Assembly (NCBI GenBank): GCA_030704615.1
Contig: CM060732.1
Span: 2,356,001-2,420,000 of the forward strand
Origin: Takakia lepidozioides
Taxonomy: Eukaryota > Plantae > Bryophyta
Reading direction: 5' to 3'
DNA: 64,000 nucleotides
Shown here: one piece after another, positions 1 through 13,900 of the stretch
How positions within the stretch are numbered: position 1 is the first letter of the stretch
Layout: every line of letters starts with the position of its first letter
Made by a program: the position numbers and the translations under genes
The notes under the pieces: model-generated
The model's input: only the letters and a program-made list of their open reading frames with translations
What the model was told of the DNA's origin: nothing
Databases searched by the model: none

Positions 1-706
1 AGCCCCCGCAGGAACCGGCTATGGAAGGGAACCGGAAAAAAAATCGAGCTTCCTAACCGGCTAGAGAACCGGCATGGTGATTGTAAGGGTGCTATACCCG
101 GAGCAAGATCCGGAGCAAATGTGGATGGCGTAGAGGCGGTTCTAGATAATACAAGTGTAAGGGTTAGTGATGGTAGTTAAGAAATTACAGATGTTGGGGA
201 GATTAGGTGCACAACATTAATGAGAATGTCCAAGTAGGAAATTAATTAGTTGGGCATTTGGCATTTGGCTAAGACAATAGTTGTAAGTTGTAAGCTTAGT
301 GTATTAGAGGGGCAGAGCCCTCAGCCTGAAGGCAGAGAGATAGATGACAAGGTTGAACGTTTGAACTTTGAACCCGAGACCCACAAGCCAATACTCGAGT
401 GGCTTATCACCAGAGCCCTTTTGTGTATAGTTTTACACACCTACACAAAAATGCTAGAAAAAGTCAAAATAAATAAAAGTGGATGAATCCCATAACCGGT
501 ACCATGGAACCGGCACTTTTTTAAGATGGCACAACCGGTAGATTGAGAACCGGACAACAAAAAATCCATGTGTTTATTGAGAACCTGTAACCGAGATGTT
601 TTTCAAACCTATTGGTATACCCTGCCCCGGCCATCCATTTTTTTCAAAGAGTACGCCATAACCGGGACCGGGAGAGGGCTCAAAACATGGTACCCGGCCA
701 ACACTG
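1..706. mobile_element. Possible non-autonomous hAT-like DNA transposon end
   Basis: Many dispersed AACCGG/ACCGG subterminal-like motifs, ending in CAACACTG (reverse complement CAGTGTTG, a hAT-like TIR start). The other end is not in the window. Confidence 0.35.
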
Positions 707-2400
707 GTTTGCACGTTCAGATCTAGGTGTAGTTGGAGTTACACCAATTGGTTCGGCAATTTTATGTGCTTCCATGTCTTCTACCTCAAACAACTGATCC
801 ATTAGATTTGGAAAATGATGTCTATAGGTTCTTGGCTGATCGCTTCCAATATGTGTAGAAGATGTAGTGCCAACATGGATACTTGAATTCATCATAGTCA
901 CAATTATGGTAGTTGTAGGGGTGGTCATTCACTCATGAGGTCTCACATGTGAGGTGGATTGAATGTAGGATGATTGCCTTGAAATTCTGCGATGAGATCA
1001 TAGAACTCTTTCTTGAATCCTGAGGTGTCATCTTTCAATAGCCAGATGATCTAGTGGACTATTGGTTGCCTTTTATTTTCTTGAAAATTTCCCAAAAGGT
1101 TTGCCCTTTCTCTTTAAAATTTTCTGCAGTTCTTAGTGGAGAGCAACATGACCATCATTGAACAAATGGTCCACTTTTCCTCCTCTTTTCATCAGCAAGA
1201 TCAATACAATCTTTGCATTGGATATACTCCATCTGCCTTGATGAGACATGCTGCAAAGCTTGCATAAGATATATCGGTCTCTACTCGACTGGGGATGTTC
1301 AAAATGTTGAGATGAAATCTGCAAAATTAAACAAAGAAGCACTCAAATGCCACCAATCTACTCGCACTCTTGACAAAGGTAAAATTTAAAATATTTACTG
1401 TACTGACAGATATTTGTGTTTATCCTGTAGTGCATCATGGTAAATAGATTGGTGTTTTTCTAAAGACACCTGACTAGCAGATATTATGAACCCCCATATT
1501 ACAAAGAACAGATACTTCATGGGGGTTACAGATATCTTGGCATCTAGCTGCAAGGTATTTGGAGGTATTGTGAATGGCATTTAATTTGACCTACAACTAT
1601 ATGAGATATAGCTGCTCGTGTGAATGAAGCCTGAGTAGATATAAATTTAGTGAATTGAATAAATTTTAACTCAAAAGGAGAACACTCAAACTTAATTTGA
1701 CTTGAGTTAGTTCCTAATATGAAAAGGTTCCCTGTCATGGAGCTGCCTGCAGTCATGTCTTTCAACAAGCTGCCACGTCAGTACTAGATTGAACTTAACT
1801 TCATAAGCGAAATGACTTGGACAACTTACCTTTGAAGGAAAAGAACACTCCTATCATACAAAATTTTAGACCCATGTACACTTAACATAATGATGCAGAA
1901 TTCTCAAGTGAAAAAAATTCTCTTGAAACTTCCCCTATTTTTGGCTGTGGTCAAATTGCATTCGCAACCAGGGCTCATCAAATTCTAGGTAGAAAGCTTA
2001 AATCCTTCTCACATTAAACTACCCCTTAATTTTCAAAATACCTATCGAACAATAATGAAATAGGTGGAGAACATACATGGCCAGAAACCCATACAGCACC
2101 AACATTCTCCTCTGCTTCCCTCTTTAATGAATTACATATCAAAGGCAGCTAATCTCCAGCTAGCAGAGAGTGCCTGAGATTTCCTCCTAGACCAGATAGG
2201 ACCCAAAAGCTAGCAGTGGCCAAACTGTCAAAATAAGGGCTAGAATAATTGCTGCAATACATTGAAATGAAGTTCAAAATAACAAAAGGGATCGAGGAAA
2301 TATATAGATGTGGATAAAGCAATCGGAGTAGGTGATTTGTTCCTTACTATGCTTGTGGTAAGTAATTTATCCCTCATTACTAGCTAACCACCAAAAAACT

Positions 2401-2775
2401 CTACCAACATCTCCAGCTTAACTGATGGTTTGATAATATACCAGCATCTAACATTTTCTGGACTTCCTCTTGAGCTATGGCACACTCCTCGACACTCTCT
2501 CGATATGCAAATTGCTTAATATGAGGTCCTTCCGTCACAATATCATGTTGAGGGATGGGAGTACGCCCCAGATCAGTAGATCCCAGGCTGAAGACATCTA
2601 GATTCTTGGCAATGAGCATCTCTACTCTTTTCTTCTGACCTGATGAAAGAGTAGTGCCTAATTTGATTTCAGACAGAACCTTGGTGAGGGCAGCCTTACC
2701 TTCTGAGCTGAGATCTGGGGCTGTCTGTAAAAGTAACATAAGGCAGACGCTACTCACCAGAAACTGATTGCACAA
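2401..2775 (-). mobile_element. Degenerate Ty3/Gypsy pol fragment (start of RT)
   Basis: VFSLGSTDLGRT..QHDIVTEG.HIKQFAYR..EEVQKMLDAGI is typical of the N-terminal part of Gypsy RT. Confidence 0.7.
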
Positions 2776-3626
2776 ATGTAGCCATGTGATTCATCACTGT
2801 AGGATTCCATAGCAAATGCAGCTGCATGCTGGCAAAACTCCGGAAGGTAGCCCAACACCAGTAGAGACAAGCAAAAGTAGTACTTCTGCACAATGTGCTG
2901 CTTGAGAAGCTCAAGCTTCAAGATAGGCCATTAAAAGTGGAAGGAAAACACAACCAAAACAACCATTATTCCCTTGCATTCACAAGTTCCGCCGGCATGA
3001 GAAAACCAGACGACTAACCAACTAAGAGCTTGTCTCACAGTCGATAAGTGAACATAAACACCACTTTCCACAGGCTATAAGTCAAGCCTTACAAGACCAG
3101 AGTGCACTTACAACAAGGAACAAATTGCCTACAGCATGGTAAGACCAGCCAGAACAAGGTGGAAACAATCCCCCTGACTTACAGCAGCAACCCCCTCAAC
3201 CTGTCCCTCTTCCTTATGGTCAAGAACAGATTCTCAAACCCCACACCATGTTCTTAGCAAGGCAAAAGATCTGTGAACTTGACTTAGAGACCAGATCCAC
3301 CCTGCTCTGTGTACCATCTTGACTCAGCGGCCTCCATCCTCAGCATGCCAGCATACAGCCCAAGATGTGCTGTGTTTACTTCAAGCTGTATGCAATGGTA
3401 CTCTGCAGAGACGCAAGCTCAATTGAAACCTTCACATCCACTTTGGGATCCTCAATCAGGACCTTAACTCGAGGGCTGAATATGAAGATAGTGATTTGCC
3501 GTTTACATACAAATTGGTCTGACCAGATCATCCCATCGCATCTCCTAGTACCAAAATACCTTATGCACGCACACTCCACATTGTAAGACCCTTTTCGTAG
3601 GCACCACTCAGACATAGACTGTGAGT

Positions 3627-6600
3627 TCAGCCCAAGCCCACATCAAACCCATCCCCACCACCCTGATTATTGCCCCTCTTTCTCTCCCGCCAGTTCTCTC
3701 CCCATACTCTGGCCTCTGCAACAGCCCGTTCACGCTCTCGAGAAGTAAATGGCTTTGGTCCATCTTTTGAAGTCCTCCCTGCGTGGCTAGGGCTATCACG
3801 GGGCCCTTCATATCTATCCCACTCATCTGAATCTCTTTTCCTACCAGATCCAGGGTCCTGTCCAAGCCCTGCCTCAAAGGCACCATTGCTAGGTCGTGCC
3901 CGTGGCCCTCCATCCTTGGGGCGTACATCAGGGGAGGCCTGTGCATGCATAGCTGGTGACCGAGGACCCCCCGGTCTATTCCCCCGCTCCTTATGCAGTC
4001 GCTCATCACCTATATTACGCTCTGATCCTCCACTCAACTTCTTTTCCTTTTCTCGTTTGTCTCGTGACGGTGTAGGAGGTGCAAATCGACTGCTACCAAC
4101 GGGGTGCACACCAGGATCATATGTTTGGGAGGCTAAGTAGCTCAGAGCAGTCACAACATCCCCAATAAGAGGCCGAGTTGCTGCCTGTTCTTGCAAGCAC
4201 ATGGCTGCCACTGCCAATGCCTGGTATAAGCCTCGCATTGGATACCGCCCCTGCAGCATTGGATCTGCCATGGATGGAAACTTGCGCCTGTCCTTGAACA
4301 ATGGTCGTGCCTGCACCAACTCTCACTATCGATTTCAGTCTTATATCCATCTGTCTCCCTGCACTACTATGCATCTAAGTATAAAAACTACCATTCAAAA
4401 GAAGGAATAAATACAACTCATTACAACCCACAGTAGACATATAGATGAATTGAAAGAAGGGCATCTTCATCTCCCAAAAATGAACCAAACAACTTCTAAA
4501 CCATCAGCCTCCAGAAAGACCGTGGCAGAGCATTAATCGCAACTCGTATCTTTACAGAAGGACCTACACATTATTTGTTCTTATTGTCAAAACACAAGCC
4601 TTACACAGCTTGCTAAACCAGCTGCATCAAGATCTAGGCAATGCTGTGTCTGTACCTAACGGATCACACATGTAAAGGGGAAACTATTCGACACCGGGAA
4701 TAAAGCTCAATGTTTGTCCTCCAAACATACAACAGTTGAGAGTTTTACACCACCGCTGTCCTTACTTCCAATGAGCGAACACTGTTCCACCTAAAGCTAT
4801 CATGAAACATTGATAACCGCCATCCCGTTCTGTGCAACTATATGCCCATGCAAATGTTGGAGGAGTAACTTCACTCATAAGCTGCAATCTGTTATGTGGT
4901 GTGAGAGCATAATTGTTTTATGCTATTGCGACCACGACAGAAACCCTGGCCATGCGGTCATGGACATCCACCTCCAACAGGTTGGGTGAGTGAGACTGTC
5001 ATGCTCCATGAGGCACACACACACATATATATATATGACGCCAACCGAAGGTAGCGTAAATATCTTCCCCTTGCGGGTACATGATCTGAGGTTGAGGGTA
5101 CAAGCCAATGACAGAAAAATTCAGAAATTCTAGACTTTTAGGCCTCATGGTCCAGGTTTGGGTCTCAGTTAGGTCCAAGAATACAACCTTCAGGTGGAAT
5201 TTTTTTTCTGGTTTGACCTTCCCAAGGTTGGCTTGCATATATCAACAGAAATGAGTACCAACAAATCTCAGATAAGGTCTTGAAGCGAACTCCCAGACAA
5301 AGGGCAAGTTGAGGTTCATATGCTGAAGGTCCAAAGTCCAAACCCTAATGTCAAATCCTACCAAAAACTTCTCAAAGAAGAAGAAAACTAAAAGCTTACA
5401 GATGCCAAAATAGTGTCTTTGTGGGATCCTTCTAGGACAAAGAAAATGGCTTACGAACAGGCCACCTGACAAACACTTGCATACTTTAACCCTAGCTAAC
5501 TGGCTATGTCCTTGGTACAACAGACTCACATTGGAATCACAACTTTAAACAGGGAAAGAAACAAAACAAGACAACTGTGAGGTAGGGTGATAAAAATTTA
5601 TACCCAAGCCACAAGATTGTGCTCCCCAGCTGCCCGAGTATTGTCAATGGCTTTCCGACCAGTGATCAGCTCTAACAATACCACTCCAAAGCTGTACACG
5701 TCCGACTTTAATGTCAACTGGCCAGTCATGGCATACTCTGGGGCACAATATCCGTAAGTTCCCATTACGCGTGTCGAAACATGTGTTTTATCCCCAACTG
5801 GACCAAGCTTAGCAAGCCCAAAATCTGACAGCTTTGGATGGAAACCTTCATCCAAGAGAATATTAGAGGATTTGAAGTCCCTGTATATCACAGGTGGATT
5901 TGCTTTATCATGCAAGTACTCCAAACCCCTGGCTGCTCCTGCTGCTATTTTCATCCTGGTATTCCAATCCAATGGTTCCTTGTCGAGCGGAAGATCTGAA
6001 CACAATACAGCAAACTTGTTGAACTCCAAGATTGCTTGAAGTCTTCCTGAAAACCATCTTACTAACCTCTTATGCACTATCCACAATTGTCTACTTGTGA
6101 TAGCTCAATTCATGAAAGGATAGCTCTTACCATGCAAGTGATCTTCCAGGCACCCCAGCGGCATGAACTCATAAACCAGAAGTCGCTGATCACCGTCCGC
6201 ACAATACCCAATTAGATTTACGAGATTAGGATGGTGCAGCAGACTCAGCATCAGCACTTCAACTAGAAACTCCCGATTACCCTGCAGTCCATTGCGGTCC
6301 AGCTGCTTTACTGCCACAACCTGCCAACCTCCATGCCACATGTCAGCTGCACCAACCTCCTTAACCCAAGTTGTCTACAGTGCAGCAAGCAAGCATCTTA
6401 CATGTTCGTTAAAGATCAGACTATTTTCATTCACACTTGCCTGGCCAGTGTTCTCCAATCGTCCTTTGTAGACACGGCCAAACCCTCCTTCACCAAGAAG
6501 ACACTCAGGTCTGAAGTTCTTGGTGGCAGCTGCGAGTTCCCGAAAAGTGAAAGTCTGGGCGGCAATATGAGTGGTTCCGTCCCGCAGAGGCTCCTTCTTG

Positions 6601-7166
6601 TTGTCAAATGAAGCTTTCCCTTTGGATTTATCTGCATTAACTGTGCCCACATCTTCAGCCAAACCCAGCCTACTACCCAACCTCCATCTTCACTCAGAAG
6701 ATAAATAGACGTCTTGGATCATTCTCGATGCAAATCCCTCCGTGTCCTGACAGTGCACATGACCCATAGCAAAGAACAGGCAGGAACCAGCCTTCTCAAC
6801 TGGACATGGCAAGATTACAGCCGAAAGACGACGATACAAGACCAGCAACCTAAATGAAAGAGAAGTCTTAACCTCATATCGTGACGGAAGACTCGATCCG
6901 ACAAAAAGCACTAAGATGGAACAAATCAACTGAAGCAACTTCAGCTACACGATTATTGAGACCCTGCCGACTTCAAATATAGCGCCAACCAACACCAACT
7001 GCTAAGGCATGCTGGATGAAGGTCCTATATGATAAAACTCACCAGATGGAAGTTTAGCAAGATGAGTGACAGATGAAGCAGGCGATTGACCTTCACGGCT
7101 GCTATCATCTTTCTTCAGGGGCTTCCTGTCCAGCTTTCGTGACCCAAAGCATGAAAAACAGCCCAT
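3627..7166 (-). CDS. PBL27: Receptor-like cytoplasmic kinase VII, PBL27/PBS1-like, 526 aa; exons 7166-7043, 6631-6441, 6320-6131, 5995-5604, 4310-3627
   Basis: MGCFSC acylation N-terminus; [28 protein letters not shown] and APE motifs; C-terminal [16 protein letters not shown]. Exons sum to 1581 nt in frame. Introns are GT-AG except intron 2, which is GC-AG. Confidence 0.93.
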
Positions 7167-7308
7167 CTTTGAATTCGAGTCTAAAATGGTACCAGGCTTT
7201 GCCCCCTCTACGGACTCCCTCCACAGGCTCCCTCTACACTTGAGTGACCGGCCCTCCTCCCCACCTGTAAGTGATGTTTCGCTCAAGCTCCTAAATGATG
7301 AAACTCAC

Positions 7309-7432
7309 CAGATGGAAGTTTAGCAAGATGGGTGACAGATGGCGCAGGCGATTGACCTTCGCGGCAGCTATCATCTTTATTCAGGGGCTTCCTTTCCTGC
7401 TTTTGTGACCCAAAGCATGAAGAAGAGCCCAT
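7309..7432 (-). other. Tandem duplicate of kinase exon 1 (intact ATG, same 124 nt length, intact G|GTGAG donor)
   Basis: Encodes [41 protein letters not shown] versus [41 protein letters not shown]. Some flanking sequence is duplicated as well. Confidence 0.85.
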
Positions 7433-7944
7433 GTTTGAATTCGAGTCTAAAACGTCTTGGACATTGCTTCCTAGCTATGTGCCTTCCTCTAGACTTGAGC
7501 GAGCGTCCGGGCCCCCCTCCCCACCCTCTCTCAAGGATGGTCTTGAGTCCACGCTGCGCTGGTCGCAGTCACGTCCCGCAGAGCAGTGGGCACTCTGGTT
7601 TCACTTCCATCCCATGGTAGGGCACCACAGCACCACACGCTCATCATGTAATGGATGTATGCATGGATGAAAGGCCGCACCTAGGTCCTTTTCCCGTCCT
7701 CACCATCAACCTAGTCATTTTTTACCATTTGGGATAATCCATTCCTGGGGCCAATGGAACCGTCGCTGAGGACCAGGTTCGTGGCGTGAATTATTGAATT
7801 GTGGTACCTATTACAGTTTGATGGATGGATGTTGGGCTCACGGATCCATGACTGTGGATGGATGGATAGATGGATACATGCTTCAACGCTTTGCCCTTGT
7901 TTCTTTTCACTTTTCACGCAACTTCCCCGCATCTCTCTCCCAGG

Positions 7945-10900
7945 ATGGGAACTCCACCGTCTCTCTCCCACTGTTGTCTAATGCCTTTGCAAGCAAATAT
8001 CGGTGACGGAAGGAAAACTTCTCAAGGCGTGAAGCCTTGGAGGGCGTGGAGGGCTACCAAGTGCAGTCTAGAGGCGACTTTAGGATTTTCAAGAGACACG
8101 GGGTTTCAGAAGACAAGTAAAATCTCTTGCCATTCGCATGCCACGCCATCGTCAAAGCAACCACGTGAGCGGTTGAAATGGATTGGGGATAGTTGCACAA
8201 AGAGTAGCGCAACAAGATTTCGCTTGATTTTGAAAGGGGTAGAATTGAAAGGGGCAGGTGTTAAACTGGGAAATCTGTCAGGGATTTTAAGATGCGTGGA
8301 GCGGTGTTCAAGCAGTTCTCAGGGACCAGTTGTTATGGGTTTGGCACTCGCTACCAACGCTGGAACTGCGTCAAACAAAAATTGTGCATCAAATAGAGTG
8401 AGCATAGTTAGTACTCAAAGCACTGTTAGGCAGTCTTCAATTCCTAAAGTTTTCTGGTGTGATCTGAGGACAGTTTCGATGGAACATTTATCATGCATTG
8501 GCAGAAAAAGAAAGAGGGACAGGAGTTTGGGAATTGAGGTTAAGGCTGGGACGGAAGGAAATCCCCTCGGGGAGGAGGGGTACTGGGAACAGGCCGAGGG
8601 TAAAGAAAAGCTTGACGATATTGAAGATATGAGAGGGCTTCTTGCGGAGGCAGAGAGATTGCAGAGAACAGGGGGGTCGGGCACCCAAGATCACCAAACC
8701 AAGTCTCCAGAGCAGCTTGCACAGGAGCGGGCTGCCAAAGTGCGGGAAGAATTGGCTCAGGTAAGGAAAAAAAGTTGCGTGACCCGGGTTTTGCATTGGA
8801 ACCTCAAGACCTTACATTGGACACTTACGACGAGTGAAATTCCAGGACGCCTTAGTAGCCACCCCACCATGAAGTGGAAGTTGAGTGCCATATTAAACTT
8901 TTGGTTCCAAGGTACCAAACCATCTTTATCCAGTTCCAAAAGCCATAACAGTATAGGCCATCACAAGCTCGTCATGAATCTAATTCTCATAAAGTAATTG
9001 ACCTAATTTATCTCTCACACCAAGGGCTGCCAGTTTTACAGCTGAATACAGAAAGTGGCCATTAGGGGTTGAACAGCCCCTCTGATATGGAGATCTTCAC
9101 CTCCATGGAGCTGGGCCCTGTGGCCTTTCATAGGCATTCGGATCTTTGTCAAAACCTTAGTATGATAACACAAATCTGCCAATTAGCGAGGTTTGTGCTG
9201 CAAGGGTTAAGAGGGAGAGGGTGTTTATGTCTGCAGGTTGAGGGGCTTTGTTGAGAGGCAGGGTCTGCCACATTCCGTTTGTCTATTCCAGAGGAAGCCC
9301 CTGTGAGTGTGTCTCTGTATATACTCTTTGTGCCGGCTGGCTTCACATCAGTGGGCTGACAGTGTGTATATATATATATATATATGGTCTGAGTGGAACA
9401 GACAAGTGGTGTACATACATCTTGTCTTTTGTATGCTCTCTTACCTCTCCATAAGAATGCTATGTGCCAGGCTTCTGTGTTTTCTTTATCCTCTCTGCCT
9501 CCCCCCCTCTTCCCTATCATTGTGCTGTTGAGCTTGGGCAAAGTTCTGTTTGCTGGATTTGGTGTCTTTGACGTGGTTTATTCAGACAGGACTTTGTTAA
9601 GACAAGTTTAAGGAGTTGATCAGTACCTTAGATCCAGTCCTGATTTAAACAGAATCAAGCTGCCTTAGAGAATTTCCAGGTATTAGGCCCAGTTTCATTC
9701 CAGGAGTGGTTGGATGACTTTGTGATCGGGTACATCGACGACATCTTGGTACTCGAAAACAAAGGAAGAGCACCTGGAGCTGAGAGGTAGCAACTTTGAA
9801 ACATCCTTTGCAAATTGTCAAGCTCAAATCCATGCCAAAGTGCCTAATAGGTGTCAGTATTCTATGTTGGAGAATTTTAAAATGCTGAAAGCTCTGCTAT
9901 GAAGGAGAAACAGTATGGAGGCAGTGCAGTGAAAATTGCAGAATATGTGGATGTGGTAAGTAGTTTGGGTAGTCCCTTTACTGCAGTCATTATAGAATGT
10001 ACTCATAAGACGTTGTTTGCCGTAGCCTTGTGGCCATTGACCCCGCGCCCAGTTTGAGCGGAACACAAAGGGACAGAACCTACCTCTGTCAGGGGCTGAC
10101 GTCGGTAGTAAGACTTACCTTGAAATGGAACATTGATCCGGGTTTTCCAGATATCCTCTAGAAATCCCTTATACACAAGCATCAACCTGCTGTGTGTGGT
10201 TTGCCCAATAACTAGGCCCCAGTAGGGCCTGGGCTTTTGGCTCAGCCTCGAGACTTTTAAAGTTGGTAAACAGAGGTACAGGCACAATTCCCTTGATAGA
10301 TTTGAGGAGAGCGTCTCTCTGGTGAGAGAACCCCGGACAGTGAATCAGAAATGAATATTGTCTTCAGGTTGCCCACACAACGGGCAATTGCACTCTCCCT
10401 TTCCTCTCTGCTTCTGTTTGCTGTTTAAAGGTAGGCTTCCCACCCTGAGTTTAAATTTCAGTCTAGTGCCGAGAGTGGGTAGACCCTTGAGGTCATCCAT
10501 GATCTCCTCCCCCATGTCACAGACTGGAAACAAGTTCAGGGAAGTTTTCTGCCTAACTTCATTTTCATCAGACAATTTCCTGGCATCAGACATGGCTTTG
10601 GACACTACAGCCTCTAAGTCAGATTTATCCAGCAGTTACAGATGCGTACTCCAAGGCAGGTCTAATAACGCGACAAAGCATGGTTTTCTTGACCTCATAG
10701 TTGATCCCTCTGCAGTGGAAAAATTTAGCGAGACCCAGTGCTTTGCGCTTGCCAGGTTGAACAACTTTCTGAATATCTGCATCCCAGTCACAGTTGGAGG
10801 AAAAACTCAACGCCCAGGTATGTGTAGGAAGGGAGGACCGGAATCTCTTGGCTACCCCACTGCCACTTGAGATCACTTCCTCCCTCTGCTCTGTTGCTGA

Positions 10901-13900
10901 ATGCCACCACTGCACATTTACTGACGTTAGCCTCTAGCCCCCAAAGGTTAAAGTATCTCTTCGCGCAATCAATCAACTCCTGGAGGTTGGAAGGAGTCTC
11001 CCCTATGCCTGCGAAGTCATCCGCAAACATAAGGGCTGGTATGGTGGCATCACCCACCCTTAACCCAAATCCCTCACTTTCCACATCCTCGAGGAGTTGA
11101 TTGATGAAAACATTGAAGAGCAAAGGGGAGAGGGTACACCCTTGAGCTACACCTTGGTCTATGTCAAAGAAGTTAGACTTCTGTCCATTAACAGTGACAC
11201 AACTTTTGGTGTGAGCATACAAGTTATGGACAACTCTCCACATCTTTCCCTTGATCCCACATGACCAGAGGCGGAGCCATAGACCGTCTCTCCACACTGT
11301 CATAAGCCTTTTTGACATCCAAGAAAAAAACAAAAGTGGGTTTCCCTTCTTTTTTCCTTCCCTGGATAATCTGCCTTAGAGTGAAGATATGATCCACACA
11401 GCCCCTGTTTCGCCGAAAGCCAGCTTGGCCTTCGTGGAAACAACCTCTAGATTCCAGATCAACCTCGAGACGAGTAGTTATAACTCTGCAAAATATCTTG
11501 CCAACAGCATTGAGGAGCATGATGCCTCGGTAGTTCCCCGGTTCTTCTCTGTCACCCTTCTTGTATAGATTGTCAATGACCCCCTGTCGCCAGCAAAAGG
11601 GGACCATTTCAGTCCTCCAGATAAGGTTAAAGAAGAACTAGTTCCTCTATCATGGGATGGCCACCGTGCTTGATAAGCTCGTTGACTATGCCATCAGGTC
11701 CACCAGCTTTATATCCGTTTAAATGCTCAATTGCTTCCACGATCTCAGAAGAACTAATGGGAGCGTTGTAAGCCTTTGAAACATACTCCAGTTCATCAGG
11801 GCTGTCTTGAATCATAGGAACAATTTTTCCAACTGTGTCCTTCCATTCTTCAGAGGACCCCTCACTGTTAGACCTAGAAATTCTGCCAAGGATACTGTAG
11901 TGGGTTACAAAGGTTTTGACAATGTCAACCGTTGAAGTCACCACTGCACCCTTAGTAGTTTGTACTTGCTGACAGTTTTTCGGCTTGTACAAACGTTGAA
12001 GGGCCAACCAGAATCTCTTGTCATTACCACCATGGTGGTTTGAGTTTATTTCACTGTATAGCTTGTCCCAGTATAATTTCTTCTGAGTCCTTACAAGCTG
12101 ATTGATATCTTTGCGGATCTGGTAGTACCTAGCCTACAATTCTTTGTTGGTTTTTAAATTGCAGCACTCTTTATAGAGGACTCCTCCCCAACTATCTTGA
12201 GTTTAATCTCATTGGTCCACCAATGACCGCTCTCCAGCCAGTCAAGGGACGAACTTCTTTGAGATGAATTGATGTGAGACTCAATTAGTAGCATTTTTGG
12301 GCATTGCAACCTTCAAAGTACCTCTGTATCAAGTCTCGAGATGGAACCATTAGCCATATAATCCAAGCCTAAGCTGGAGCATGCAGTTTAAAGGACACAT
12401 CGTCCATCCTGGGATTCACCCCAAAAACTACACATGAAGCCCTAGATTTCGCATAAGTAACCAATTCCCAGGAATCACCCTGGGGAGTGTTGTTATTGAT
12501 AAGAGGTAATGTATTGGTAGATTTCGCAGGCTATAAGTTTAAGCACAAGGACCAACCCTAGCCCAAGTGCCGAGTATGCTAGACAGAGCATACGACTTCC
12601 CAATTTGGGCGGAGGGGCTGCCCCCAAGCGGTAGGGGTCCGCTTGTTACCATTCAGAGATCACACTCCAGGGAGCTGCAGGGAATGGCCCGCGTAGGCAA
12701 ATTCTAAAGAGGGAAAGGCCACAAAGTCTCCAACTAAAGCCAATGCACTATCTTACCTGAAGCAAAGCGCTTCAGGTCAAAACAAACAAAGACACGGGGT
12801 CACAAGGCCGGCATTTAGTCACAGAGACATTTATGTACTCCCGTATCTAGTCCACCCAATGGCAATAGGCTTCCTAGAGGACAGGGAGAAAGACTGCAGT
12901 CATTATAGAATCAAAGTCGTTGAATTCGGTGCCCACTCAAATTGTTATTATGAAGTGTTGTGTAAGGGAGAGCCACCCTTTTCCCCAAACACCTGGGAGC
13001 TCACTCTCTTGAACTTAAAGATGAGACAATTTCCAGAGAAGGGGTGATTCATCCACAGTTGCCTAGATTTCCTTTCAGGGTGGTCTTGGGAGGACTGGTT
13101 AGTCTCGAGTTTAGTGTATCATTCTTAGCAAGTGTGCCCTGTGATACAGCGAGCAAAGGAGCAGGCTGAACAGAGAAAGGAAGCAGTAATCATGTTCCAG
13201 ATGGGGCAGCGTGCCTACGGTCGTGGTGTGTATGATAAGTCTGTGGAACTTCTGGAAGCTGCGTTGACTAAAGTACCCAGGGCTTCCAACCTTGGTGGAG
13301 AGGTAAATATATTTTACCTTTTGCAACTGTGTATTGATTACGTAACATTATCTTTGCGCTAAGGATAGCTAATGAACTGAGTGGATCAAGTTAGATATAA
13401 CTGAGCTAGTTGGCCTGCAGATGAGGTTGTTTCTGTACTCAGCTCGGATTGAAAATGCCTGTTCAATGTAAGATGTGTCAGGTCACTGCTTTAAGGGGTG
13501 AGAAACTTGGCCCTGGCTTCAGAACAAAGAAAAAGGGTGCAACTTACAAAAATATTGCACTGCGTGGAAGAGAACAAAATGTGTCGCATATGCCCAGGGC
13601 AACCGTGGAAGCAATGAAACTGCACAATGGGGTTCTTTGTCCCACAGAGCGCTTTTCCTGCTCCCACTGCTTTACCAGGCTCGGCCCAGCCCATCAGGAG
13701 GATTTGTGTGGGTAAACAGACAAGAGAATCAATCATCTCTTTTCTGTTTAGGGATGAATATAAGTGAGTGCATGGTGCTGGGGACGAAGACCCCCCAGGT
13801 GAAGCGCCAAGGCTTCTGGGCTAAAAATGAAAAATATTTTCTGCATGTTTTCCGCTTTCTCAGGGTGCGCATAGTCAATGTCAAATAGTGGCTCAGCACT

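Noticed and set aside
8761-8997. C-terminal part of the 375-aa ORF as coding sequence
   Set aside because: It reads through a strong CAG|GTAAGG donor; the conserved protein continues at 13150.
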